DNA of 64,000 nucleotides, taken from Phoronis australis. Lineage: Eukaryota; Animalia; Phoronida. Position numbers and translations under genes: made by a program. The stretch is taken from NCBI GenBank assembly GCA_002633005.1, contig NMRA01000597.1, positions 115,988 to 179,987 on the forward strand. Direction: 5' to 3'. The notes beneath the pieces were generated by a model that worked only from the letters and a program-made list of their open reading frames with translations, was not told where the DNA came from and ran no database searches. Below, piece by piece: positions 49,109 to 61,571 of the stretch (position 1 is its first letter; each line of letters starts with the position of its first letter).

Positions 49109-50905
49109 TGTTATCTAATTTAAGTCGAAATGTTCAATCCCAGCAGAGACACATTCCATTGTGTTCCTCCCAAGCAGTGTTCAGTTCATCTTAACATTGA
49201 AATCTGTGTTATGTCGTCAATACTCGTTCACGTCGACTGGAGGATTCTGACACATTTTGCAAAGAAGGTACCCCCGAACAGAAGTTGCAACTCATAGTGG
49301 TTGCATTAAAGGAGAATGCCACCCGATTTAATTAGTCTTTTTTGCATTCTTAATCGGTCTATACCCACATCGCCTAGCATACGGTCGACCTTACCTTGCC
49401 AAGAGGTGTCGCGTTAACCTTTGAGAAACGACGCTAGCGACGTCAATGGTTCATATGCAGAGTGAATGCCGCTATGTTGCGGTGCATCGTTCTCGCTTGA
49501 CCGAACTAAGCAGATGCGAGGAAAGCGGGTATATCGTTTTTTACTTTCTCGAGAGTCCAAAATGCTTAGGAAGTGGCTCATGGTAGTGAAGAATGAAATG
49601 TACGCTGTAAATAGCAAGTATGAGGCCGTGAAACATCTCCATGTCTGTGGCCTGCAAACTGGCGTCGACAGTGCCTGACAAATGCCGGCTTGCCAAATAA
49701 CTCCATACGTTCCATTGTCTGAGCTTGTTCACGGCGCCTCTCTAGTATTTCTTCATCACTGTATTCTTGCTCGAATTGATAGCCTGTAAAACTTAACGAT
49801 CCACCTGCGAAGTCGTCCTAAGTCGGGATTGCGAGTTGCCATGTTGGCGTTTATTACTGAGCGTTCTTTTTCAAAATGAATTATTCTCACCCTAACCAAT
49901 ACTTATATAAAACTGAAACAAAGTCTGTATCNTTTTCTGTTTTTTCCTCTAAAAATCAACCATTTTCCTTGATTCCCGAAGTACTATCCAAGAAAAAAAA
50001 GCAAAAAAAGAACACTGAGAAAGTGTCAAACAGGAAAAACTGCAAGTACCACAGACCCGAACTCACGAACTGACGAATAGAGCGCGCGTGCTTTACCACT
50101 GCACCACCACAATTTATCTCCTAATTAGTTACAAAGAGACCTACTTGTTTATGGTCCACAGCGTTTGCGCCCGAAACCTTCTTCTTTTTGTAATGTTTAT
50201 TACACTTTTTATAATTTGTGCTATCAGTTCGTAACAAATTTGTTGTATTTAAAATAGTCTTCAATTGGCCGAAAGACCAAATCCGTTATTTTGTGTTGGC
50301 ATTAATGACGCGATTCCTTTGGAAATCGTCTTAAGGTTTGACAAAGAGAGAATTATGAGTTTCTGAGTGATTTACTAAGGCTTCGATTAAAATTCACATC
50401 TTACTAGCAGTTTGTTTTTTCATCGTCACTCAGATTCCATTTTCTTTAAAAAATGAAGTAATTTTCTTCATTGCACAGTGAAGCAGACGACGGAAACGGA
50501 GTCGTAGTGTGCAGCGCCACTGCCGGTCGACTGGGATATCGCCCCAACACACTAAAACTGCACACATTTCAATCTTGTTTCCGCCGTATAATGTTAATTA
50601 CCGGGGTTAAATGATAAACTCAACATTTCCCTACGCTCTTGCTGTTTTATTTTTTTGCGGCAGCCAAGAGGGGGGGCCCTGACCCCCCTAAATCCGCCTA
50701 TGTGTTATCTAATTTAAGTCGAAATGTTCAATCCCAGCAGAGGCACATTCCATTGTGTTCCTCCCAAGCAGTGTTCAGTTCATCTTAGAACATTGAAGTC
50801 TGTGTTATGTCGTCAATACTCGTTCACGTCGACTGGAGGATTCTGACACATTTTGCAAAGAAGGTACCCCCGAACAGAAGTTGCAACTCATAGTGGTTGC
50901 ATTAA

Positions 50906-52583
50906 AGGAGAATGCCACCCGATTTAATTAGTCTTTTTTGCCTTCTTAATCGGTCTATACCCACATCGCCTAGCATACGGTCGACCTTACCTTGCCAAGA
51001 GGTGTCGCGTTAACCTGTGAGAAACGACGCTAGCGACGTCAATGGTTCATATGCAGAGTGAATGCCGCTATGTTACGGTGCATCGTTCCCGCTTGACCGA
51101 ACTAAGCAGCTGCGAGGAAAGCGGGTATATCGTTTTTTTTTTACTTTCACGAGAGTCCAAAATGCTTAGGAAGTGGCTCATGGTAGTGAAGAATGAAATG
51201 TACGCTGTAAATAGCAAGTATGAGGTCGTGAAACATCTCCATGTCTGTGGCCTGCAGACTGGCGTCGACAGTGCCTGACAAATGCCGGCTTGCCAAATAA
51301 CTCCATACGTTGTCTGAGCTTGTTCACGGCGCCTCTCTAGTATTTCTTCATCACTGTATTCTTGCTCGAATTGATAGCCTGTAAAACTTAACGATCCACC
51401 TGCGAAGTCGGGAGTGATGAGCTCTAGCTCGTCCTAAGTCGGGATTGCGAGTTGCCATGTTGGCGTTTATTACTGAGCGTTCTTTTTCAAAATTAATTAT
51501 TCTCACCCTAACCAATACTTATATAAAACTGAAACAAAGTCTGTATCATTAGATGCAATTTGTAATGCCTTTGGAGTGTTCGTAAGTGCAAATGATTTGA
51601 GAAGCCAGCAATGAATAAATCACTGCGTTACCGGCTTTAGGTGCAATAAAACTAATTGACGGGACACCGAGGCCGCGTGAGCTCATGATTGAGTGTTTGC
51701 TGGCAGAAACTGTTGTGAAACAACTCGATTTCCATCCCACGGCCAGGTGTTAGGGGAATCTTTATTTACATTTACATTACTCAAATAATGATTGTCAATG
51801 TACAACTTCTGCCCTGACGGTGCTGTGGCCAAAGCGGAACCTGAATTCGCGGCCCGGCCCCGATGAGTAAGTAGGTTTGCAGTTTCGTGGCTAATTCACC
51901 AACAGAATCACGTGCACATTAATTTGGCTCACTATAGTATAGTATTTTCTTGACTGGAAGTTTAGTTTCCACTGAACTTTGGCTGGTTTATGTTCGTGAC
52001 TGTCTGATCAGTTTCCGAGCCACTGGCCGGCCGGGGATAACGAGTCAATCCGGCCGGCCGCGACGGGCCTGATCGGGTTCCGAGCCACTGGCCAGGATAA
52101 CAAGCGTTTTGTGTTTAGAACTTAAAAAATCACAAGTCCAAACAACACAGATCAAAGTTCTCGTGTCTGTATCTCACGGAAAATACTTCGAAATTATCTC
52201 CGAACAGACCCCAAACTCCTCTACGGACCTCATTGGCCTGCCGAACTTTGTAGGCTACGATGTGTCCAAATACCAATAAATCCATAAGAGCGAAATAAAA
52301 CAACACGTTTTTCTAAGAACTCGGTGTATTTTTAAGGGTTTTACATCGAAGTTTGATGATTTATTGGTGTTAAACGATGACTTCAAGCGATAAGCTGACA
52401 CCAGTAACCCGTGTTGAGAACTACTGAACAGATTGCGTGTGAAACCGATGACATCATTGGATAATTTCAACACCTCCGTCTGCCGTCAGGTGTCAGGTAA
52501 CGCAACCGTACGTGTCGTTATGGAGTAGAGCTACTCGATCTTAATTGATACAAATTAGGCTGTTTTTTGGGTGGCATGGACCT
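50906..52583. mobile_element. Kolobok non-autonomous copy (family of 21485-23430, inverted); partial re-copy at 49310-49931
   Basis: AGGAGAATGCCACCC...GGGTGGCATGGACCT with TTAA on both sides. THAP relic near 51062-51200. The paralogous empty site is at ~28810. Confidence 0.8.
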
Positions 52584-53918
52584 TTAAGGGCCGATAAAGC
52601 GAGAAAATCGTCTTATAAAAATAGTATTATTGTGCAAAATAGATGCTGAATCGTTAGTCGCCACTTTCAGAAAAATCTGTGAACCTAGTTTCGATTTGCA
52701 ATCGCGTTTTTAAGACTGTCGTCACCACTCTAGTATTGTTGATCGCGCTTTGGTGTGAAAGTTAATAGTTACTTCGAGTAACTAAACTTTTTAATATAAT
52801 TGTGTTTATTCGAACATGCAACAAAATCGTCCGTAACATTGTTACAACAACCACTTCTTTAATTTCCTTCTGTATTTATTTTCCAAGCAATAAACATACA
52901 AGCGCAACCTGCAACAGTCAAAATGCTTGATACAAGCTAATTCTCAATGCTGCAAATCAAAATATTACCATTAAAATTCATGTCATCTCCAACATAAGTA
53001 AACTAGATTGAACAGGGACGAAACGACATTCAAAATGGTCAAGAAATATCGAAATTTAGAATATTTGTAAGATAATGGTGATAAAGTGATTGTGCACAAT
53101 ACCCGATGGCCGGTGATGTCACTTGAGATTGTTATCTGCAAACCCTGTGGAACAAGTCGGCGGGTTCGACCTTGCTATGGGATCGATTTCCAACAAACAA
53201 CCTGCACGACTTTGTTAACCAAATCACTTTAAAACATGACCACACTTATCGAATTCTGAATTACAGACGAATGAGAGGGGCTTTCAAGTAATAAGCAATG
53301 CCACACAATCATTGCTCAATTATCGAATTCGCAAATTTCAGTGTTGGCCAATTTCAGGAAACTTGAAACCATTTTTTAGGCGACGATGGTTTTGATGTTC
53401 TGTTGGCAACGTAAACCAAATCATACCATGCTAAAGATTATGAGACTGGTTTTTGGCAGTTACCGGTAAATGATAACTTATCAAAATGCAATCTTAAGTG
53501 CAATTTCATTATGTTGGTCGACACGCATAGAGAATATACCTTCTCTGTGTGTAAGCTGGTGCATCAAAACCTTTGATATCAGTCACTCGTATCAAACCAG
53601 CAACTTTTCACAAATTGAAAACGATTAATAGCATATACACAATGGGGATCAATGGTTAAATTTTCTTAGAACAATTATTAACTGCGTTTTGATACGTTGA
53701 TTTTTGATTACACCCTCCATCGATTTACTTAGAGCACAAATCATCTTATACTCTGCAACAACTTCTCCCAAAACTTCTCCTACTATGATAGAAGATGATA
53801 ACAACCCCATTGGAAGTTGTATTGCAGGGGAAATTTAAAGACCGAGATCTTCTGGTTCACGGTTTCTATAATTAGGCCATCAATGAGGATTTTTCTCTTT
53901 AAAAGTATAAGTATCTGT

Positions 53919-54361
53919 TTAAATTTCGCGCCAGTTAAACGAAGTATCCAATCCTTCGTACTCAATGAACTTTTTGCGCTTCACAGTTTCAATCATCCAG
54001 TGGCCATACTTATAGACAGGAGTGCCTTCTGGCGGTGCCTCCAGAACTGGCGACCTGTTGAGGTCAGTGTGGTAACTGGGTTCCATAAAGAATGGAACAG
54101 AATAACGATCGCTACCGATCTCTACCACGCGATGACGTGTAGCTTTCAGTCGGCCTCCACAAAACTTTACCAGAGCATCCCCAATATTAACAATTAAAGT
54201 TCCCGGTGTAGGTTCCACTGCACACCATTCGCCATCTTGGTTGAGCACTTGCAAACCGGGGTTGTCAAAAGCCTCCAGAATCGTGATCATACTTGTGTCG
54301 TGATGATCATCGCAAGTTAGAACCTTGCCATCGTTCGAAATGCACGTCTTCGGAATATCGG
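53919..54361 (-). CDS. IPNS-like Fe(II)/2-oxoglutarate dioxygenase, copy B, coding exon 2
   Basis: Same acceptor, same length (443 nt) and same HxD...H...RxS motifs as copy A. Confidence 0.92.
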
Positions 54362-54525
54362 CTGTACAAACAAAGAATAACATGCAACATGAATTCATTC
54401 AACATTTAAAAGATTAATACAAAGTAAATTGCAGACGACAATTTCAGCTGATCCCAGGACCTAATCTCCGCATTTTGGGATGGAAGGGCAAACTAGTCCA
54501 CATTGTGGCTTAGAATTTGACGAAG

Positions 54526-55047
54526 CATGACGGCGCTTTCCCGTTCAGTGACGTTACCAGACGAAGAGGGTTGTGAGCGAGTGATAACATCTATCTCCTT
54601 TGTTAATCGCCAAGCACAGTCCTTTGTCTAGTATGACAACAGGCAGGCCTTTATCTACAGACCAGGTGTGAACACAGTCCAACCCAGAGCGAGAATTGGT
54701 ACGTTCGGAAAGAATAGATTGTCGTAACTTCGATTGTACTTGGGCGATTTTGGCGATTAAAAAACTAAACATGATCATCATTTGTCGAGGATTTCAGAAA
54801 TACTGCTGGTTTGTGTTCAAATATGTTATAACTTAACTTTTGTTTTTAACAGCACAGCCCAGCTAGGATAGATGCGATCTTATTGGAGATTAGAGAAATT
54901 ATCGAACAAAAGAGAGCTGGCACTCCAACCATGAATGCCAGAATGGAGTTAATTAGTCGTGTAAGATATTGGCTACAGGGGTCATCTTCCCAACTTGTTG
55001 TTGGGCTATAGAATCGAACAAGTTGGGAGCAACGAAAAAACGTAATG
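54526..55047 (-). repeat. Dispersed repeat inserted in the intron of dioxygenase copy B
   Basis: Inverted homolog of 11593-12149; absent from the copy A intron (~30955). Confidence 0.7.
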
Positions 55048-56474
55048 GGGTTGCAAATCATGCGTGTCATTCACACACAACAGGCCTTTCAAATTGACAT
55101 GCAAGGTCAATGAAAGCAGCTCTTTGTGAATTCTGGCCCATACAAGTAAACACAGCTTAACGAAAGGTTTGTGGTCCTGGCTGAAAAGATAATTGATTTA
55201 TTACCCCCTGTAGATCAGCGAATAGCCAAGCCCAAAATGGAAGTCAGGCTCCCACTTAGAACTCGAATTCTAACCAACCACGCTGCATGATTCCGCAACA
55301 AATTGGTAAACTTACTAGAAGCGTGACGTGCAATTAATTGGCACAATTTCGAGTTGAGTTTCGAGTATTGAGACTAGACCCCCATTTCGAGGAATTGCAA
55401 AAGTATACGATGAATAGGGGAAAGACGTAATTCAAATGTGTCTTTTCGATGTTCATCCGAAAATTCGATTACCTCCTATTGAGCTTTGTTAAAAGGTATA
55501 GTTAAATTATTCATAAATTACCTGTTCCACAACAAAATATTTTAAAATGTTTTAAACGAGTGTTACATCATTGATGAGCACTGCGTTCCAAAAGAGCCCT
55601 CAACACATTCACACCCAATTTCCTCCCATTCACATGCAAACTACAGTTTTGTCAACATGCAACTGAACACGACAAACGTAATTTACTGAAGTTTGGTCAC
55701 GTGCATTAATTTAAAATCTGTTTGGTGGAGTTTGGTAGAGTTTGGTGAATAATAACCAACCAGCAAACAGCAGAAAAGCACATGATTCTCAGTGTTCAAA
55801 ATGGCAGCCTCAGCAAGAGAAAGTTTGGAAAAGTTTGACATTGTGGACACTAGGTAGACAGATTGACTATCACATGACTTTGTATAGGTATATCAGGGAG
55901 ACCATTTTGTCGCGTGTAACTCAGTCTCAGTGTTATAAAAATCGACAGCCAGCGGACTAAAAACGCTCTAACTTTGAAACCGTTGGTTAGATTCTTATGA
56001 AATGCGTACCAATAATATATAATTGTATTTTCACAATCTTTCCAGTGGTATCACTTTCAAGATATGTAGAATTAAAGTGGAAATACTTTTAAGTCCTTAA
56101 TTTAAGTATCTTCCTACCAATACTTCTATGTCTTTGCTTTATTTATTCTTACGTGTAATAAATTTGCATTCAATACACCAAGGTCCCTTATCTGCTTACG
56201 GTCACGTTGTATGTTTTCAGTCAGCTTCCACACAACAAGATGGCGTCACATGAGACACGTGCTTTCACTTCCGATCTATCTATACATCTATAGTGTGGAC
56301 TGGTTACCAAACTCGTCAAAACGTCACCAAACTCCAACTTTGTCGTGTTTGCACATAAAAGTTTGGTACAGGTTGCCAGTGTGGCTGGGCCTATGCAAAC
56401 TCACTTCTAAAAACTCACTGATACTTTCTCAGTTGTTAAACACGCATTTAAAACACTTTGATTAAAGTACTTAC

Positions 56475-57036
56475 TACCACGTGATGGGTAATGCAGTAAT
56501 CGTAGCGTTGACAGCGGTTTCTCGACGATCATGCTATCAAAACAGTGCTCTTCAAAGCCGAGTCCAAGGGCCAACATTCGGATCAAATCGATAGCAGTGC
56601 GGTGCATCACCTTATAGTAAGATGTCACGATCTCCTTGAAGGGAATCGTCTCCTCAGTCGGCCACTGCGGGTTCTCGTAAAGTCTGTTACCATTCAGGAC
56701 ATCAGGGTCATTTGGTGGAAGTGTTATGCCGCATTCAAATGCCTCTTTATGACTAGAATTCAGGGGATCTACACCAGTAGGGAAATAACCTCTGTAGACA
56801 TTTTTGCTGTTTGGGTTCCACTTCTTTCTTGTAACTTCAAACTTCTTTTCCAAGGGTTGAGTAAAGAACCATTGGCAAGCCTCTTTCAAGCGATAAGGGT
56901 CTACTCCTTCCACATTTTCGAGTATTAGGAAGCCTATCGTACTCATAATTTCGACCAGCTCCTTTGAGAGCGCATCGCGGTCCGTTGTCGCTCTTCGCAT
57001 GTCGATGAGGGGTAGCGTCAGAAGCTTCGAGTCCAT
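56475..57036 (-). CDS. IPNS-like Fe(II)/2-oxoglutarate dioxygenase, copy B, coding exon 1
   Basis: MDSKLLTLPLIDM...LRLLHYPSRG followed by a GTAAGT donor. Colinear with copy A at an offset of 24100. Confidence 0.92.
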
Positions 57037-57761
57037 CTCGGTCGAAGTTGAAAGGCGGATTCCAGTCTTCAAAATCTACAACACAAATTTTTGTTGCAAT
57101 GTGTTAACAGTTTGATTCGATATATTTGTGTGTTATATACAGTAGACTTAATGTTGAACAGATTGAGATCGAGAAGAGAGGTTCTGCCTAACTTGCGACC
57201 ATTTTTGCTATGCCTCAGTAAATGATGAGGTGAATAAACTACACTTTTATGGAACAATTCAGTGATGTAGAAATTTACTTCGTTATCAAAAAAGAAACAA
57301 AATGCACAGCATAATAATATGTTTCCAGTTTGGAAGCCAACAAATACTTTTGCACTGCACACAGAGGACAGCAACGCAAGAGCGAAGGGTTCGCCTGGAA
57401 ATTTTGACAATCGACAAATTGAATGGGGATTTTTGAAAAAATGAACATTCAAAAGTAAGTAAAGATGTTAGATTCGCAGTCGATATTTTTATGACGTCAC
57501 TTCAGTGTACAACAGCAAGGCAAAGCGTTGATTCGCGCTGAAAGTGCACCGCAAACGGTATTATACTTCTAGGCGTGCTTATCAGCTTCATGCAAGATAC
57601 AAGGAGACAACAATTCGACTCCAAATAATAGATGTAATGATCAGAACTGACATGAAACTAACACCAAACCAAGAACTTCAACCACGTACCGTTATGAAAT
57701 TGGTTTCAAATTGTTCCTTAGTGAACTAGGTGATGTTTCTGGGCTTTTCGCAATTGTTTAA

Positions 57762-58124
57762 AAGGATACTAAATCCTATTTTGATCATTTCAACCAATCC
57801 TCGTTCTGTCATTTGCTAATAAATCAGTGGCGTCAATCTTGAACGATGAAAAGAGGAATCGATTAAAAACTCATTATCCCTCTGACACAGATTGGGTGTT
57901 ATGGTGTTTAGTGGGCGGTCTTTCAACACAGTTGCTGTGTAATTCGTTAAAAGCGTAGGTCAAGTTTGACCGTTTAGCCGACTTTGAGAGGAGTTTTCAA
58001 TTTTTCCTCCAAGCTTTTGAGAGTTGTCGGAAATTACAGGAAATCATTTTGCCTCAGAGAATTGGACGGAAAAGTCGTTTTAACATCATTCTTTTAATAG
58101 ATCAAAACCCGGTTTGATATCCTT
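57762..58124. mobile_element. Kolobok-type MITE
   Basis: Imperfect TIR AAGGATA..AAA.C...TTTTGATC, with TTAA on both flanks. Confidence 0.6.
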
Positions 58125-58329
58125 TTAAGACAAGGCTCTACAAGTCGACTTATCACGGCGTCATCTTATTAGCCAACGAGTATGTTCTCTAGCAATAAGA
58201 AACTATTTTAATTCTTTGCATGCACAAAACGATTTGGCGGATACAAAATGATTTAAGGGGGCACAGCACCTATTGGAATCTGCACAAAACTAGTAGCTGC
58301 CACCATCTACATATTGGATAGTCACTAGG

Positions 58330-59760
58330 GGGAGCTGCAACAGTCAAATCCGCCCAAACATCGACTAGAGCCGGCGCATTGCTGTCATATACCTCTATGT
58401 CAAGTTTCATTCCGTCAATCAGTTTTCTAGACACCATCAACGCTCATTACCAAAAGTCTGTACAGAGATAGTCTCTCGGTAAAACCGAAATCGCCACTAA
58501 GGGGTGTTCCAGAGGTCGAATCCGTCTGAAAATCGACTGGTACCGGCCAAAGGCGGACAGAAACCACTGTGTCAGGTATCACTGAAATCTGTCTGTCGGG
58601 TTTCTAGAAAATATCTGGAGACGCTGCTCCCAATAAAATACTGAAAAGCTTCTTGTAAGACAAAAATGACTACTGCAGTAGAAGCATCTGTCCAGCTGAG
58701 GTCAAGAAGCGGGGACAGCTTGAAAAATGGAATGTACCGCCCTTAGTGTGATTCTCAATGTGCCAAATTTTAATTAAATTCCGAACAGGAGTTCGTGAGA
58801 TATCGAGCCACCAGGGTGGTGCGGCAGTAGTCGAAACTGCTCGAAAATCGAGTGGTGCCGAAGCTTAAAATGTATTGCCGTCACACGTCCGTGACAAATT
58901 GTATCAAAATACGAACAGGAGTTTTTGCATTTACTTCTTCTGTCAACACTGGTGTGTATTATGTTCCTGGTATCCGGTCACAGTTATCTCTCTTCACCGG
59001 AAATGTATGACATTATCACGTATTATAGGACATTTAAAAACCATTTGGTGAAATATTTTTGATCGGAGTTGCCAAATGTCATCGCTTTCAACTACATTTG
59101 GTTTGGTATTTCTTGATGAGAGGACTCGAGCTCTGTCGGTCTCGCCACCTGATGACTGTTTTTGAGATATCGGGCGGACAAGTGGCGAGTGTTCCGTAGA
59201 AGCCAGAATCCTGCAAATACACGATTGAAGAACACGTAAGACTTCGCGACATATCGCCAAGAATTACAAGCGAACCACGTGATCAGACTAGATTCCTTAG
59301 CGAGATTCTTGCATCTACGAAACTCTACCCTGAACAACCAGATAAAATGGACACTAGGGGGTACGTCAGCAATTGAATCCGTTTGAACATGCCTTCGGGT
59401 CAAGTTTCATCGAAATACCGCAATCGGTTCTCTAGGTATCACTCTTCCCCTCAAAGTACATAAAAACCCTTGTTAAAGCCAAGCCTAATGAGAGGTGCTC
59501 GCAGTGGTCGAATCCGCCTGAAAACGAATGGCCTAGCTGTAGGCGCAATGCCGTCACGCACCCCTGTGTCGTTTCATTGAATTCGATGCATCGGTCTCAA
59601 GATATTGTTCGGAAACGTTCTTCCCCCAAAACACGAAAAAGTTCATGTCTCCGACCCTGGGGTGCGGGACAGGTTGAGACAGTCCAAGTGACACCTTACA
59701 CAATGTGCTAAATTTCACAAAGGCCGAGTATTTGAGATAACAAGCGGTTAACCGGACAAA
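58330..59760. repeat. Highly degenerate array of ~130-180-bp units
   Basis: Recurrent GTCGAATCCG..TGAAAA.CGA, TGT(G)CAA(G/A)TTTCA and GAGATAT motifs near 58340, 58515, 58750, 58830, 59380, 59505 and 59700. Confidence 0.5.
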
Positions 59761-61415
59761 ATGACACTGATGTATAGGCATGTGGGCTCAAAGATAAATG
59801 TTCACTATAAAATGGAAATGGCGTTAACAGTGCTAAGAATGAAGCGTATTGCCAAATGTGGATGTAATGTGCCAAAAGTTATCGAAGATTCTATATGTCA
59901 TCAACCTCCTGAGAAGGCAACGACATTTTGATCGTTTGATTCTGTGTGAAGAAAGATTGACGAAATTGCGAGCGATTTTCACATTCATTCACAGATATGA
60001 CATTAACTTTTGACAGCAGCAATACGAAAAACTCAAAAACAAAAATTGGAAAGTTAAGGGCACAACCTAGATCACTAAATTTCTGCCAAACCAAAGTCTT
60101 CAAGTATGGCGTGATGACGTGAGTCCCAGCACACGGCACCCCAGAAAAACACACCCAAACGCCTGATAAAGGTTAAATAGATATTTGTCCAAGGATATTT
60201 AGGCCGTATCCAAGTTCACTGAAAAGGGTGAGTTGCGAATAGTAACTATTCGCTATCGTTTATCAACATTACTGTTTCCTGGACTTTCTTTGTAGATTTA
60301 ACTACCAGTAGTCGGTCTTCAACTGACGTTTAGACAGTGTTTATGATCATGGACTCGCGATGTCGTACCAAACGAGCGCACAACTTACGTCTGGATGTAC
60401 AACCGAGTCCTGTCAATCAGTTTGAGTGCTTGATTTTGTTGATAGCTATAAGTCTCATCCTAGCAAGGGGGCTATTCAACTATTTTGTCCGGATGACTGG
60501 GTTTTGCGCTAGGAAACTGTAGCACCCTTTCCTTTAGAGAGTCGGCGGGGTGGGTCAAAATCCACTAGAGTTAGGGCGCCAAAATAGACACATGTGTTGC
60601 TGAAGACACACTCTTTAGAAAAGGTTTTAGTTTTCGTAACATAATTGTTCTGTAGGAGTTTCAATCCCTACATAACATTAAAATTCAGTGGATGGCTGCC
60701 TTTTGGGGAGTAGTCCTTGTGACCCAACAAATCCGGCATAAATAGAATACGAAACTCTTATGCATAGTTCAGTTATCATTTTAGAATAACGTTGGCGTAG
60801 GTAAATTGAGCAGGAGCCTCAACTCTGTGGTCCAGTTTGGAGAAACTGTATGTCATGACACTTTTTGTCCTTTTTCGCTTCCAATTTTAATGGGTTCGTT
60901 AGCCCGAGCTAAGCAATCACCTGAAATCATGAATCATTTTTGCGCCTATGACTTCTAAGATTATCCCTGATAGTTCTGTTGCAAAAAGCATATTTTTCTA
61001 TGGAATTCTCTTACAAAAACTATATCTTTCTGTATAGTTTCAACATAATCAAAACGTAAATCCGTTTGTCGAGGATGCTTAAAATCGGAAAACGCAACCA
61101 TTCGCAGGTAACCCGGTAGCGAAAGACCTTCCCACCTGAGTGGAACGTTCCGTACACACTTTTTGTGGAAGTATACCTCGGGATTTCCGTTTTAACCACA
61201 AATAAATAAAAATTTCCAAGAACATTTTCGAAGAATGGTGAGTATTTCTTCGTCATCTTCTGACAGCGTTCTCTTCCCATGAACTGTTCTTTTCTCTCCG
61301 AGCGGTACTTCTTTTTCATACGAAATCCACTCATTTATTACAAATCCCAACGAGGTGATGTAATTATTAATTTTCATTGGCTGCCGAAAAAATCGGCTAG
61401 CTCCGGGCTTGACGC

Positions 61416-61571
61416 CAGTGCTGTAGTGGGGCGTAGGCGCACGTAGACGCAGCCAACCACCTTTTGGCACTTGAACGTAGCGCCTACGCACCGTAAGTTA
61501 CGTTCAGTGCTCAAGGTGATACGGTGGGCTTCGGAAGCTTACTTACCTCCAAATTTACCACTACAACACTG
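61416..61571. mobile_element. 156-bp hAT MITE
   Basis: TIR CAGTG(C/T)TGTAGTGG with an 8-bp TSD CTTGACGC. Absent from the paralogous site at ~35165. Confidence 0.88.

Noticed and set aside
48240-51545. 1.7-kb tandem duplication of MITE plus Kolobok end
   Set aside because: Joined at a single N (49932), with small allelic-type indels. Probable assembly artefact.
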